DNA from: an uncultured beta proteobacterium | GTDB lineage: Bacteria > Pseudomonadota > Gammaproteobacteria > Burkholderiales > SG8-39 | NCBI GenBank assembly: GCA_902825905.1 | Contig: CADECO010000002.1 | Span: forward strand, 1-58,576 | Reading direction: 5' to 3' | DNA: 58,576 nucleotides | In this document: positions 51,695 to 58,576 of the stretch, one piece after another | Layout: each line of letters begins with the position of its first letter | How positions within the stretch are numbered: the stretch's first letter is position 1 | Translations under genes and position numbers: made by a program | Notes under the pieces: generated by a model | The model's input: the letters and a program-made list of their open reading frames with translations, nothing else | What the model was told of the DNA's origin: nothing | The model's database searches: none

Positions 51695-52381
51695 TCAAGG
51701 CATCGCCTTCTTCGGCCGCAGGCCATGCTGTCGGTGCGGATGGAGGTACTTGCCACGATCGGCCACGAAGGCATCCCGACACTCCCGCGCGCAGAAGTAG
51801 GGATCGACCCCGACGAGCACGCCGCTGTCGGCGGCGAATCGGTGGGGCGGTATCACCAGGTTGGTCGGCGCCGGCACGTTCTTGAAAACCCGTCCAGCGA
51901 GATCGAACTTCGATCCATGACAGGGGCAGTAGAAGCCGCCGGGCCAATCGCTCCCGATGTCGGCAGCGTCCGGCGTTGGCCGAAACGTCGGGATGCAACC
52001 GAGATGGGTGCACAGACCCTCCATGACGGCGAACGCCGGCCGCACGGAGCGCTCGGCGTTGCGGGTGTAGGTAGGCTGGTCGGAGCGCCGCGGAGTCGGA
52101 TCCGCGAGCAGATCGTCGTGCCGGGACAGCGCGGCGAGCATCTCGGGCGTGCGCCTTAGCACGAACACTGGCTTGCCGCGCCATTCGACCGTGCGCAGTT
52201 CGCCGCGCTGCATGCCTCGCAGTTCGACCTCGACCGGCGCGCCGAGTGCGCGTGCCTTTTCGCTCGGCGCCATCGATGCCACGAACGGGACTGCGCTGGC
52301 AATCAGGCCGGCACCGCCGGCGGCCGTCGTGCCGGTGAGCCAGAGGTGGCGATCGTGGTCGAAGGGAAAGGTGGTGGACAT
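51695..52381 (-). CDS. petA: Rieske [2Fe-2S] subunit of ubiquinol-cytochrome c reductase type (PetA-like), orphan, with aberrant YHS-like C-terminal tail
   Basis: Tat/TM-like N-terminus, GKPVFVLRRT, and the Rieske boxes CTHLGC and CPCHGS. After the usual end (NL.IPPH.F..D..VLVGVD) come 35 extra residues, PYFCARECRDAFVADRGKYLHPH..., resembling the end of a YHS/TRASH domain. Confidence 0.8.
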   Translation of the reverse strand: MSTTFPFDHDRHLWLTGTTAAGGAGLIASAVPFVASMAPSEKARALGAPVEVELRGMQRGELRTVEWRGKPVFVLRRTPEMLAALSRHDDLLADPTPRRSDQPTYTRNAERSVRPAFAVMEGLCTHLGCIPTFRPTPDAADIGSDWPGGFYCPCHGSKFDLAGRVFKNVPAPTNLVIPPHRFAADSGVLVGVDPYFCARECRDAFVADRGKYLHPHRQHGLRPKKAMP

Positions 52382-52438
52382 GGCGTTCTCCTTTCCGAGT
52401 GGGCGTTTGCGATGCCAGGTCGTGTGCGTCGAGACACC

Positions 52439-52750
52439 TCAGGCGGCACGCGCTCGATGGCCGATCGAGGGCACGAAACGTGGCGTGCGCACGGCGCGGG
52501 CGTCAGATTCGGCGCCGAACCGTGCCCGCTTCGCGGCCTCTTCCGATATCGCCAGCCGCGAATGCATCAGCACCAGGATTGGGAATATCAGCAAGTCCAG
52601 CAATACGACGACGAAGGCGGCGAGTTCACCAAACGTGCGCCAGTCGCGCGCCGTCTGCGGCTTGAAGAAACGGAAGGCGAACATAATGAAGATCGCCGGG
52701 TTGATGATGGCCAGCATCCACAGGCCGTAGGCCGGCGTGTCCTGGTTCAT
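52439..52750 (-). CDS. Small membrane protein (resembles the N-terminal part of ICMT-like proteins found in metal-resistance clusters); possibly truncated
   Basis: The ATG at 52750 overlaps the upstream stop (ATGA). YGLWMLAIINPAIFIMFAFRFFKPQTARDWRTFGELAAFVVVL matches a pattern I recall (YGLW.L...N...F..FA.SF..P.T.RDWRSFG.F.AF.VAL). After it the similarity is lost. Confidence 0.45.
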   Translation of the reverse strand: MNQDTPAYGLWMLAIINPAIFIMFAFRFFKPQTARDWRTFGELAAFVVVLLDLLIFPILVLMHSRLAISEEAAKRARFGAESDARAVRTPRFVPSIGHRARAA

Positions 52751-53043
52751 GGTGGGCCCCCGCTCTTGTCGGAGCGCTGTGGCGTGGCCTGTGATTCCGG
52801 CGGACGGGTGTGCTGTGCATGGCCACCACCATGGCCACCATGACCGCGGTGCATGAAGACGTGCATCAGTGGGCATGCCAAGAGCAGCAGGAGAATCCAG
52901 TTGCCCGTCACATGATTCCAGTGCTCACGCAGCAGGTAGAAGCCGCCGATGACGGCAATCGTCCCAAGCGCGACCTTCAACGGTCGGCCGAACCCGGTGA
53001 TTGGTGTCGCGGCGGGGTTGTGTTCGTGATGGTTTGTGCTCAT
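52747..53043 (-). CDS. DUF2933-like small membrane protein with His/Gly-rich tail
   Basis: I chose the ATG at 53043. ...GGFYLLREHWNHV.GNWILLLLLACPLMHVFMHRGHGGHGGGH matches the DUF2933 pattern (YLL.EH..H....LP.LLLLACPLMH.FMH.GH). Confidence 0.65.
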   Translation of the reverse strand: MSTNHHEHNPAATPITGFGRPLKVALGTIAVIGGFYLLREHWNHVTGNWILLLLLACPLMHVFMHRGHGGHGGGHAQHTRPPESQATPQRSDKSGGPP

Positions 53044-53162
53044 TGGAGGAATTTCCTTTCTTGGTCGATCGGCGCGAAAGGCACCAACCGATGCGCTTAA
53101 GGTAGACCTTGACATCAGGTGAGGATCAAGGATTTCGTTGCGACAAGACGCAGCACCTTCGT

Positions 53163-53408
53163 TCAACTGCCGCCGGATGCATCGCGGTCGATCAGCGTTT
53201 TGCGTTCTTCGTACTGCTCGGGCGTGATCTCGCCGCTGGCCAGCCGCCGACGCAGCACTTCATGCGGCGTCTCGCGCGGGCGGCGGCGCTGTTCGCCCGG
53301 GCGGCCCCAGGCGTAGAGCACGACCGCACCGATCAGCACCAGCCAGAAGATCCACCACAACCAGTGCATGCCGCCCATGAACAAACCTCCGTCGTAGAAC
53401 ATGTGCAT
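53163..53408 (-). CDS. SHOCT-domain small membrane protein
   Basis: I chose the ATG at 53408. A TM helix (WLWWIFWLVLIGAVVLYAW) is followed by the C-terminal EVLRRRLASGEITPEQYEERKTLI (SHOCT: L..R.A.GEI..EEY...K..L). Confidence 0.65.
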   Translation of the reverse strand: MHMFYDGGLFMGGMHWLWWIFWLVLIGAVVLYAWGRPGEQRRRPRETPHEVLRRRLASGEITPEQYEERKTLIDRDASGGS

Positions 53409-53805
53409 CTTCTTCAGGCCTTGGGCGGGTGGGCGGTGCCCTCGACGGGGGTGAAGCCCGATGTTGCCAAGGCGGGGAGCGTTAAAGCGCCAAGCAATGC
53501 GGTGGTGACCATATTCAGCATCATGATTGAACTCCTTAGCTGTCCCGAAGGCTTTCCGGGTTGGTGCCGGGGCTGTGCCTGCGCATGATCGTGAGGCCAC
53601 TGTAGGAGTCGCATTCCCACGCGACGATGGCGTGGAAGTGACAAGTTCGTAATTGTTCAGAGTTGCACCGGAGCTCTGCGATGCCCTGGTCGAGCAAGCG
53701 GAATGTTCAACGCCTTGCTTCCTGCGGGTCTAGATTCGATCCAACCAACCAACCTTCCCTGCCTCCCTCCTTGCTTTCTGACTGCCCTGGCCCGTTACGC
53801 CCGCC

Positions 53806-53835
53806 CATAAGAAAGATGGCCGCCCGAAGGCGGCC
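53806..53835 (-). terminator. Terminator-like hairpin downstream of the porin remnant (minus strand)
   Basis: GGCCGCC-TTCG-GGCGGCC followed on the minus strand by ATCTTTCTTAT, about 40 nt after the remnant stop. Confidence 0.45.
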
Positions 53836-53875
53836 TTTGAACATGCCAAGCCGCTCGCCCCGCGCGAGCGGCGCA

Positions 53876-53953
53876 TCAGAACGCGTGCGTCATCCCGACA
53901 GCGACCGCTTGGTTGTTGGTGGCGCCGGGGACCTGCGAGCTACCGCGCGACAT
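53876..53953 (-). pseudogene. Last ~25 codons of a Gram-negative porin gene (remnant)
   Basis: Own translation: ...QVPGATNNQAVAVGMTHAF*. An aromatic C-terminal residue after ..VG(L/M).H.F is typical of trimeric porins. The gene is cut upstream by IS91 fragment 4. Confidence 0.35.
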
Positions 53954-54215
53954 CGATGGCACCACCCACGTGGTGATGTCGCCGCTGTAGTTCCTGCAAC
54001 CTGGAGGGAAAGACAGGGCCCCTCGTCCCGTCTAGCAGCGCTGGTATCGCCTCCACGCTTGCACCTGATCCGCTTCCACGGTGTGCTCGCCCTCCATGCC
54101 AAGTTGCGCGCCCGGGTCGTACCGCCTCGCGCAGATCAGGACGCGCAGCCCTGAACCGATCATGCGCCCGCGGCCCCCGCGTGCATGCGCCGGGCGCGCC
54201 TGCTCAAACGCGTGT
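53925..54215 (+). mobile_element. IS91-family transposase C-terminal remnant (fragment 4), frameshifted
   Basis: GTTHVVMSPL.FLQ, then the same 35-nt hairpin insert as fragment 2 (54001-54035), then ALVSPPRLHLIRFHGVLA...ARLLKRVF. It looks roughly 85% identical to fragment 2 at the DNA level by eye. Confidence 0.65.
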
Positions 54216-54367
54216 TCGCCAGCCCTTCTTTCTTCCATCGCGTGCGCGGGCTGCGCGAGCATCGCGCTCGAACCTGCCGTGCCACCTAACGAGAACGTGG
54301 TGCCTAAAATCGGCGCCGGGGGCCTGAACGGGCCGCTCCCCGCCGATCCGGACCCTCGCCTCGCTGC

Positions 54368-54460
54368 TCAACTGCCCGCCGAGCTGCTCGATTGACTGCA
54401 TGCCGGGCTGACCCTACGGGCCTCGTGCGACGAGAAGGGGGTTTGATTTTCATCTATCCT
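54368..54460. repeat. ~90-bp repeat, copy 2 (direct repeat of 49081-49170)
   Basis: See copy 1. The ldh stop codon (54368-54370) is the first triplet of the repeat, and the last ~25 ldh codons are read from the repeat. Confidence 0.7.
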
Positions 54461-55393
54461 CACGATGCCGAAGACCACCTCCCGAACAGCGTCCGCCGAA
54501 CTCCGCAGAAGCACCTCCTCGTCCTCGGACAGCGGGACCTCTAGCACTTGCCTTATGCCGGAGCCGTCGACGATAGCCGGGAGGCTCAGGCATACATCGC
54601 GAATCCCATAGTGCCCTTCTACGAGAGTGGAGACAGTGAGCACGGAGCCTTCGTCGCGCACGAGGGCTTCCACGATACGGGTCAGGGCGGCAGCGATGGC
54701 AAAATTCGTCGCTCCTTTACGATGGATGATCTCGTATGCCGCGTCTCGCACTCGGGCAGCGATCCGCGTCATGTCCTGCGCGGTGCAGGCGATGCCGGTG
54801 AGTCGGCAGTACTCCTGAAGTCGAACATTCGCGAGGCTTGCCGTGGACCACCCTACAAGCTCGCTGTCGCCATGCTCGCCGAGCACGTACGCGTGCACGT
54901 TTCTCGGATCGACGCGATAGTGCGCCGCCAGTTCCGCGCGCAGCCTCGCCGTATCGAGCACCGTTCCCGATCCGAAGATCCGCCTCGGTGGCAATCCCGT
55001 GATCCGCAAGGCCGCGTAGGTGAGCGCATCGACTGGGTTCGTAGCAATGACGATGACCCCTTCTGGATTAACCTTCACCAGCTCGGGGAGGACTTCGCGC
55101 AGCACCCCTGCATTACGCTGCGCGAGTTGGGGCCGGGACTCGCCCTCGCGCTGTGCCGCACCCGCGGCGATCACGGTCACGGCCGAGCCTGCGGCGTCGG
55201 TCAAGCTCCCGGCGCTCACCCGTACAGGAGCGAAGAACGGCACCGCGTGCGCGATGTCCATAGCTTCACCTTGCGCCCGGTCCCGGTTCGCATCGATGAG
55301 CACTACCTCGTGGATCAGACGGGAGGCGGCAAGGGTGTACGCGCAGGTGCTGCCGACGCGGCCCGCGCCCACGACCGCTATCTTGACCGTCAC
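54368..55393 (-). CDS. ldh: L-lactate dehydrogenase (C-terminal ~25 aa replaced/extended by repeat-derived sequence)
   Basis: KIAVVGAGRVGST (NAD site), GAAQREGESR (Gln at the substrate-specificity position, which indicates LDH rather than MDH), the LDH signature LGEHGDS, and DTARL. The GTG start overlaps the gap stop (GTGA). Confidence 0.85.
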   Translation of the reverse strand: MTVKIAVVGAGRVGSTCAYTLAASRLIHEVVLIDANRDRAQGEAMDIAHAVPFFAPVRVSAGSLTDAAGSAVTVIAAGAAQREGESRPQLAQRNAGVLREVLPELVKVNPEGVIVIATNPVDALTYAALRITGLPPRRIFGSGTVLDTARLRAELAAHYRVDPRNVHAYVLGEHGDSELVGWSTASLANVRLQEYCRLTGIACTAQDMTRIAARVRDAAYEIIHRKGATNFAIAAALTRIVEALVRDEGSVLTVSTLVEGHYGIRDVCLSLPAIVDGSGIRQVLEVPLSEDEEVLLRSSADAVREVVFGIVRIDENQTPFSSHEARRVSPACSQSSSSAGS

Positions 55394-56430
55394 TTGAACA
55401 CGGCACCGATTCCAAGGGCCGCGTCGGTTCGAGAAATTGAGCCGATCGGCCGAGTTTCCGCTTGCGTCAGCGCACGGATGGCGTCGATTGTCTCCGGCAC
55501 CACAATGGCTTGGTTATCCACCATGTAGGCGTAGTACAGCGCTTCGCCCTGCACCTTGAGCATGTCCTCCCAGAGGGCGACTTCGTAAAGGTCGGCGCGC
55601 GGCCGGCCAGCGTCGGACATCATCTCCTTGACCGAATTGAGCGCCCCCAGCCCATCCCCAAAGCGCATCAGGGCAATGCGCGTGGAGCTGCGGAACGCCG
55701 CCAGGACCTCGTCCTTCGACGCTGCCCGGGTCATGTCTACAACCCAGTAGTGCAGGTGCGCGAGGGTCTCTGGGACTTTCACCGCCATGGTCACGACATC
55801 GAGATCGGGATCGACCGTCTGAGCGTCGGGGCCCTGATGGCTGGGAATCTCCGATTCGGGCACCAGCGTGTTCATGATGCCACCCTCGTGGCTTTCCCAT
55901 GGATCCGTGGCGCGGCGGAGGAGCGTGCCGCGCGCCCGGCGCAGAAGACCAGCGCGCTTGAGGGCAGAGAGAGTTCGCACCACCGAAGTGGTGTTGCAGG
56001 AGACGACCCGCGTCGCCTCCCGGCCGACTGCGCTGGCATAGTTGACTTCGGCTACGAACGAATGCCCGGTCACCGAATGCTTTTCCCCGCCCTGCACAAT
56101 GAACTTCACCCCGCGGCGTCGATACACTTCGAGATTCCTCGCCGCCACCTTCTTCGGCGTGCAATCCACCACGATGTCGATTCGGCCGAGCAGATCGTCC
56201 AGGACCCCCGCTACCCGCAGCCCGTACCTGCGCATCGCCTCCGCGTGTTCGCTCGCAGCACCGTAGAGCGCGACGGCACGTGCGTCGGCGACGCGAGTTC
56301 GCCAATCGGCCACGACATCCACTACACCTACGAGCTCCATGTCGTCCTGCTGCGCGACCGCATCGGCGACACGCTTCCCGATCACGCCATACCCATTGAC
56401 CCCAACACGAATGCCTTTCTCGCCCGCCAT
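55390..56430 (-). CDS. gap: Type II (archaeal-type) glyceraldehyde-3-phosphate dehydrogenase
   Basis: VGVNGYGVIGKRVADAV..QDDMELVGV, active site VVSCNTTSVVRTL, HQGPD and VPETIDAIRA. This is the class II GAPDH pattern (SCNTT), not the bacterial class I pattern (SCTTN). Confidence 0.85.
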   Translation of the reverse strand: MAGEKGIRVGVNGYGVIGKRVADAVAQQDDMELVGVVDVVADWRTRVADARAVALYGAASEHAEAMRRYGLRVAGVLDDLLGRIDIVVDCTPKKVAARNLEVYRRRGVKFIVQGGEKHSVTGHSFVAEVNYASAVGREATRVVSCNTTSVVRTLSALKRAGLLRRARGTLLRRATDPWESHEGGIMNTLVPESEIPSHQGPDAQTVDPDLDVVTMAVKVPETLAHLHYWVVDMTRAASKDEVLAAFRSSTRIALMRFGDGLGALNSVKEMMSDAGRPRADLYEVALWEDMLKVQGEALYYAYMVDNQAIVVPETIDAIRALTQAETRPIGSISRTDAALGIGAVFK

Positions 56431-56658
56431 CGCTTGCCTCTAGCGTGGTTGTGCGGCGCTGGCCGCTGACTGGAAATGGTTGGACGGTCTGCCTCGACGC
56501 GCGTTCCAACGCGACGAGTCTGAACCTGCGCTCCGCTCGCAGGTCAAGCGGCGATTGGGAGACGAACGTATCGTCGATTGTGCGGTCACTCCCGATCTCA
56601 GCACGCGTTGCACTGTGATGGGGTGGGAGTGCACCGGGTGCGAATCATCGGGCCCGCG

Positions 56659-56817
56659 CTATCGCGGCGCCCATAACCGTTGAAAAGAGTTGTAGATCGG
56701 GACATACACGACACCGGCAAATGCGCCGTAGAGAAAGCTTTCCACAAACCCAATTGCGAATCCCGTCCAGGTAAGCCACTTGAAACCAAGCAGGACCTGC
56801 TCGAGGAACGCGTGCAT
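56659..56817 (-). CDS. 52-aa small membrane protein (DUF5676-like?), tentative
   Basis: Own translation: MHAFLEQVLLGFKWLTWTGFAIGFVESFLYGAFAGVVYVPIYNSFQRLWAPR. It has two hydrophobic helices. It is below the track's length cut-off, and the family assignment is from memory only. Confidence 0.35.
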   Translation of the reverse strand: MHAFLEQVLLGFKWLTWTGFAIGFVESFLYGAFAGVVYVPIYNSFQRLWAPR

Positions 56818-56928
56818 GTGCTAGCTCTTTGGCGTACCTAGCCCGTATGCCACGCAGAACAGGAACATGGCGACCGCCCAAGCGGCGAGGCTCTACAAGA
56901 CAACACGTATATCGAGCATGGTCCGCCC

Positions 56929-57129
56929 TCAATGCCGGTGCTGTGGGGCGTCGCTGGACCTCCCCGCGTCCGTCGGGGGCTCGACCCTGCCATGCCGGTA
57001 CCGGCCGCCCGAGCCGCCGCGCGCATGCCCGCCGTGGCCGCCGTGTCCGAACATGTGCGCGGCAATGAAGGCGACCGCGAACAACAGCCAGACCCACAGC
57101 CAGACCCAGTTTTCGCTCAACCACTTCAC
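56929..57129 (-). CDS. Small membrane protein with His/Gly-rich tail
   Basis: MKWLSENWVWLWVWLLFAVAFIAAHMFGHGGHGGHARGGSGG... has the same composition type as the gene at 52747-53043. Confidence 0.45.
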   Translation of the reverse strand: MKWLSENWVWLWVWLLFAVAFIAAHMFGHGGHGGHARGGSGGRYRHGRVEPPTDAGRSSDAPQHRH

Positions 57130-57182
57130 TGTGTCCCCCGGTCAATGTCCATCCTCGTATCCGCCGATCGCTCTGCGGAGCC

Positions 57183-58139
57183 TCAGGCCACCGTGGAGAG
57201 GGCAAGCTCCGATAGCTCGTCCGGCGCGAAGCCGGTGATGGCCTCGGCTTGCGAGCCCTGGCCTACACCGCGCAGCGGCCACTCTCGGTTGTACAGCCTG
57301 AAGCGCGGCACGGGCGCCAACACCTCGCGCCGCGCGCTCAAGTAGGCATCGAGCGTTCCGACGTCGCGCCAGTAGCCGGGCTCCTCGTTGGGCTGTATCC
57401 CCGGGACGCGGTTCGAATGGAAGTTGTACGCCATGATGCGCCGCGAGCTGAGCAAGCGCGGGAGCAGATGGTGGCCGAAGTCCGTTTCCGCTCGGCGCCG
57501 ACCCTCCAACAGGGCCTGGACGAGTACCTGCGGTTTGAACAGGTAGTTGCCCATGGATACATAGGCGCGCGTCGGATCCTCCGGCAGCGCTGCAGGATGG
57601 CAGGGCTTTTCCTCGAAGCTGGTCACCCGTCCGCCCGCCTCGGTCGCCATCACCCCGAACGACGAGGCGCGAGCGAGGGGGACGGTGACCGCGGCTACAG
57701 TCACGTCCGCGTCGCACCGCTGGTGAAAGCTCAGCATCTGCCGAACATCCATGCGGTAGATGTGATCGGCGGCGAACACCGCAACGGCATCGGGCGCGTG
57801 CTGCTCGACCAGGGACAGATTCTGGAACACCGCATCGGCGGTCCCCTGAAAGCCCTGCGAGCCAGAAGCGGCGCCCGGCAGGACGATGTCGATGTGAGGA
57901 CTCGAGCACTTCATGTCCCAGGCCGACCGCACGTGTTCTACCAGCGATTGCGGCTTGTATTGCGCAAGGACGTAGATGTGCCGGATGCCCGAGTTCACCA
58001 GATTGCTGAGGACGAAATCCACGATGCGAAAGCCACCAGCGAATGGCAGTGCGGGTTTGGCATGTTCGGCCGTCAAGGGATGCAGGCGGGTGCCCTTGCC
58101 ACCCGCCAGCACGAGCGCAACTGTCCTTCCCGATCTCAT
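57183..58139 (-). CDS. glgC: Glucose-1-phosphate adenylyltransferase-like nucleotidyltransferase lacking the C-terminal left-handed beta-helix domain (truncated or short form)
   Basis: I chose the ATG at 58139 (AAGGAG 8 nt upstream). ALVLAGGKGTRLHPLT...AKPA.PFAG.FRI.DF.LSN..NSGI..I.VL.QYK..SL..H...W, GTADAV and YWRDVGT.DAY all match GlgC. The protein ends about 25 aa after ...F.LYNREWP, where GlgC normally continues for about 100 aa. Confidence 0.8.
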   Translation of the reverse strand: MRSGRTVALVLAGGKGTRLHPLTAEHAKPALPFAGGFRIVDFVLSNLVNSGIRHIYVLAQYKPQSLVEHVRSAWDMKCSSPHIDIVLPGAASGSQGFQGTADAVFQNLSLVEQHAPDAVAVFAADHIYRMDVRQMLSFHQRCDADVTVAAVTVPLARASSFGVMATEAGGRVTSFEEKPCHPAALPEDPTRAYVSMGNYLFKPQVLVQALLEGRRRAETDFGHHLLPRLLSSRRIMAYNFHSNRVPGIQPNEEPGYWRDVGTLDAYLSARREVLAPVPRFRLYNREWPLRGVGQGSQAEAITGFAPDELSELALSTVA

Positions 58140-58576
58140 CAGACGTTCTCCTTCTCTTTGGTACACGAGGCGCCGTCGGTCTTAGACGCAGACCTCGCCG
58201 CCAGCATCGGGCAACCGGCATGACGATGACGTGCCCCTGCAACAATTCTCGGAGTAGCCTAGACCTATGAGCGACGCTCAGATCAATCCCCCGCCGGGGA
58301 TAAACCCAGAAGAGGGCACAAACCGCGATAGCGTGAGGGTGCGGGGCCGCTCAAGCCCTTACCTTCAGCGAAGCAGCGGGAGCCAAACGAAGGCACTTCT
58401 CGGCCATGGACCTTGATGTTAGAGGCCCAGGTCTCGTTGGCTGCCGCGACCCTGCGGTCTGTCTTGGCCTTCGATCGTCGTGATGCAGTCATCCATCAAC
58501 GCGTCCCCGAGGCCGCCTGGCGATGAAGCTCCGCGAGCGCATCGTGTTCCTGTGCAGCGTGTTGGTAGATGGACGT

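Noticed and set aside
55462-56509. 335-aa + strand and 331-aa minus-strand ORFs over the gap locus
   Set aside because: They are alternative frames of the class II GAPDH gene. Only the 55390..56430 frame gives SCNTT, HQGPD and the Rossmann motifs.
57142-58245. 367-aa minus-strand ORF and the 324-aa + strand ORF 57249..58223
   Set aside because: Both overlap the GlgC-like frame, which carries clear nucleotidyltransferase motifs. They are Arg/Pro-rich and contain no motifs.

Overview
High-GC proteobacterial chromosome segment. I had no search tools, so every family assignment comes from motifs read by eye in the translations. There are three parts.

(1) 1-620 is chromosomal backbone: a partial enolase-superfamily gene and a tRNA with a CAU anticodon.

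(2) About 620-39,700 is a tRNA-adjacent integrative or conjugative-type island, almost all on the + strand. In order it carries:
- AlpA next to a decayed integrase remnant;
- SSB, a PD-(D/E)XK exonuclease, RecT and a DUF932 protein;
- a TacA/TacT-like toxin-antitoxin pair;
- a tightly coupled five-gene operon: Dcm, GHKL ATPase, Z1-type P-loop/helicase-like protein, PD-(D/E)XK (DUF4420-like) protein and Vsr;
- a PilT-like ATPase plus a SlyD-like PPIase;
- small hypothetical genes, an OB-fold protein and a Toprim primase;
- a lone TraU-like gene;
- a sigma-like/ParB-like fusion abutting a NusA-like KH protein;
- a lytic transglycosylase, an antisense ORF6N gene and an HD-domain membrane protein;
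- a complete R64/PAPI-1-style type IVb pilus cluster: TcpQ/PilL-like protein, secretin, PilO-like, PilP-like, a 754-aa GspE-type ATPase, platform protein, prepilin and minor pilins. It ends in three secreted proteins of unknown function.

(3) About 39,700-58,576 is an IS-riddled mosaic. It contains:
- four IS91-family transposase fragments;
- a tandem ~645-bp module encoding two 41/42-aa secreted peptides;
- an orphan Zn-ribbon C-methyltransferase-like gene;
- a decayed large serine recombinase;
- fragments of copper/metal-homeostasis genes;
- MFS, PPK2 and an orphan Rieske protein;
- L-LDH, an archaeal-type (class II) GAPDH and a short GlgC-like gene.

The best candidate for an uncharacterised system is the Dcm/GHKL/Z1/PD-(D/E)XK/Vsr operon at 6875-13353. 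Next are the sigma-ParB + NusA-like pair (19991-22159) and the tandem secreted-peptide modules (40405-41925). Many long ORFs in the track are antisense shadows typical of high-GC DNA and were not called.
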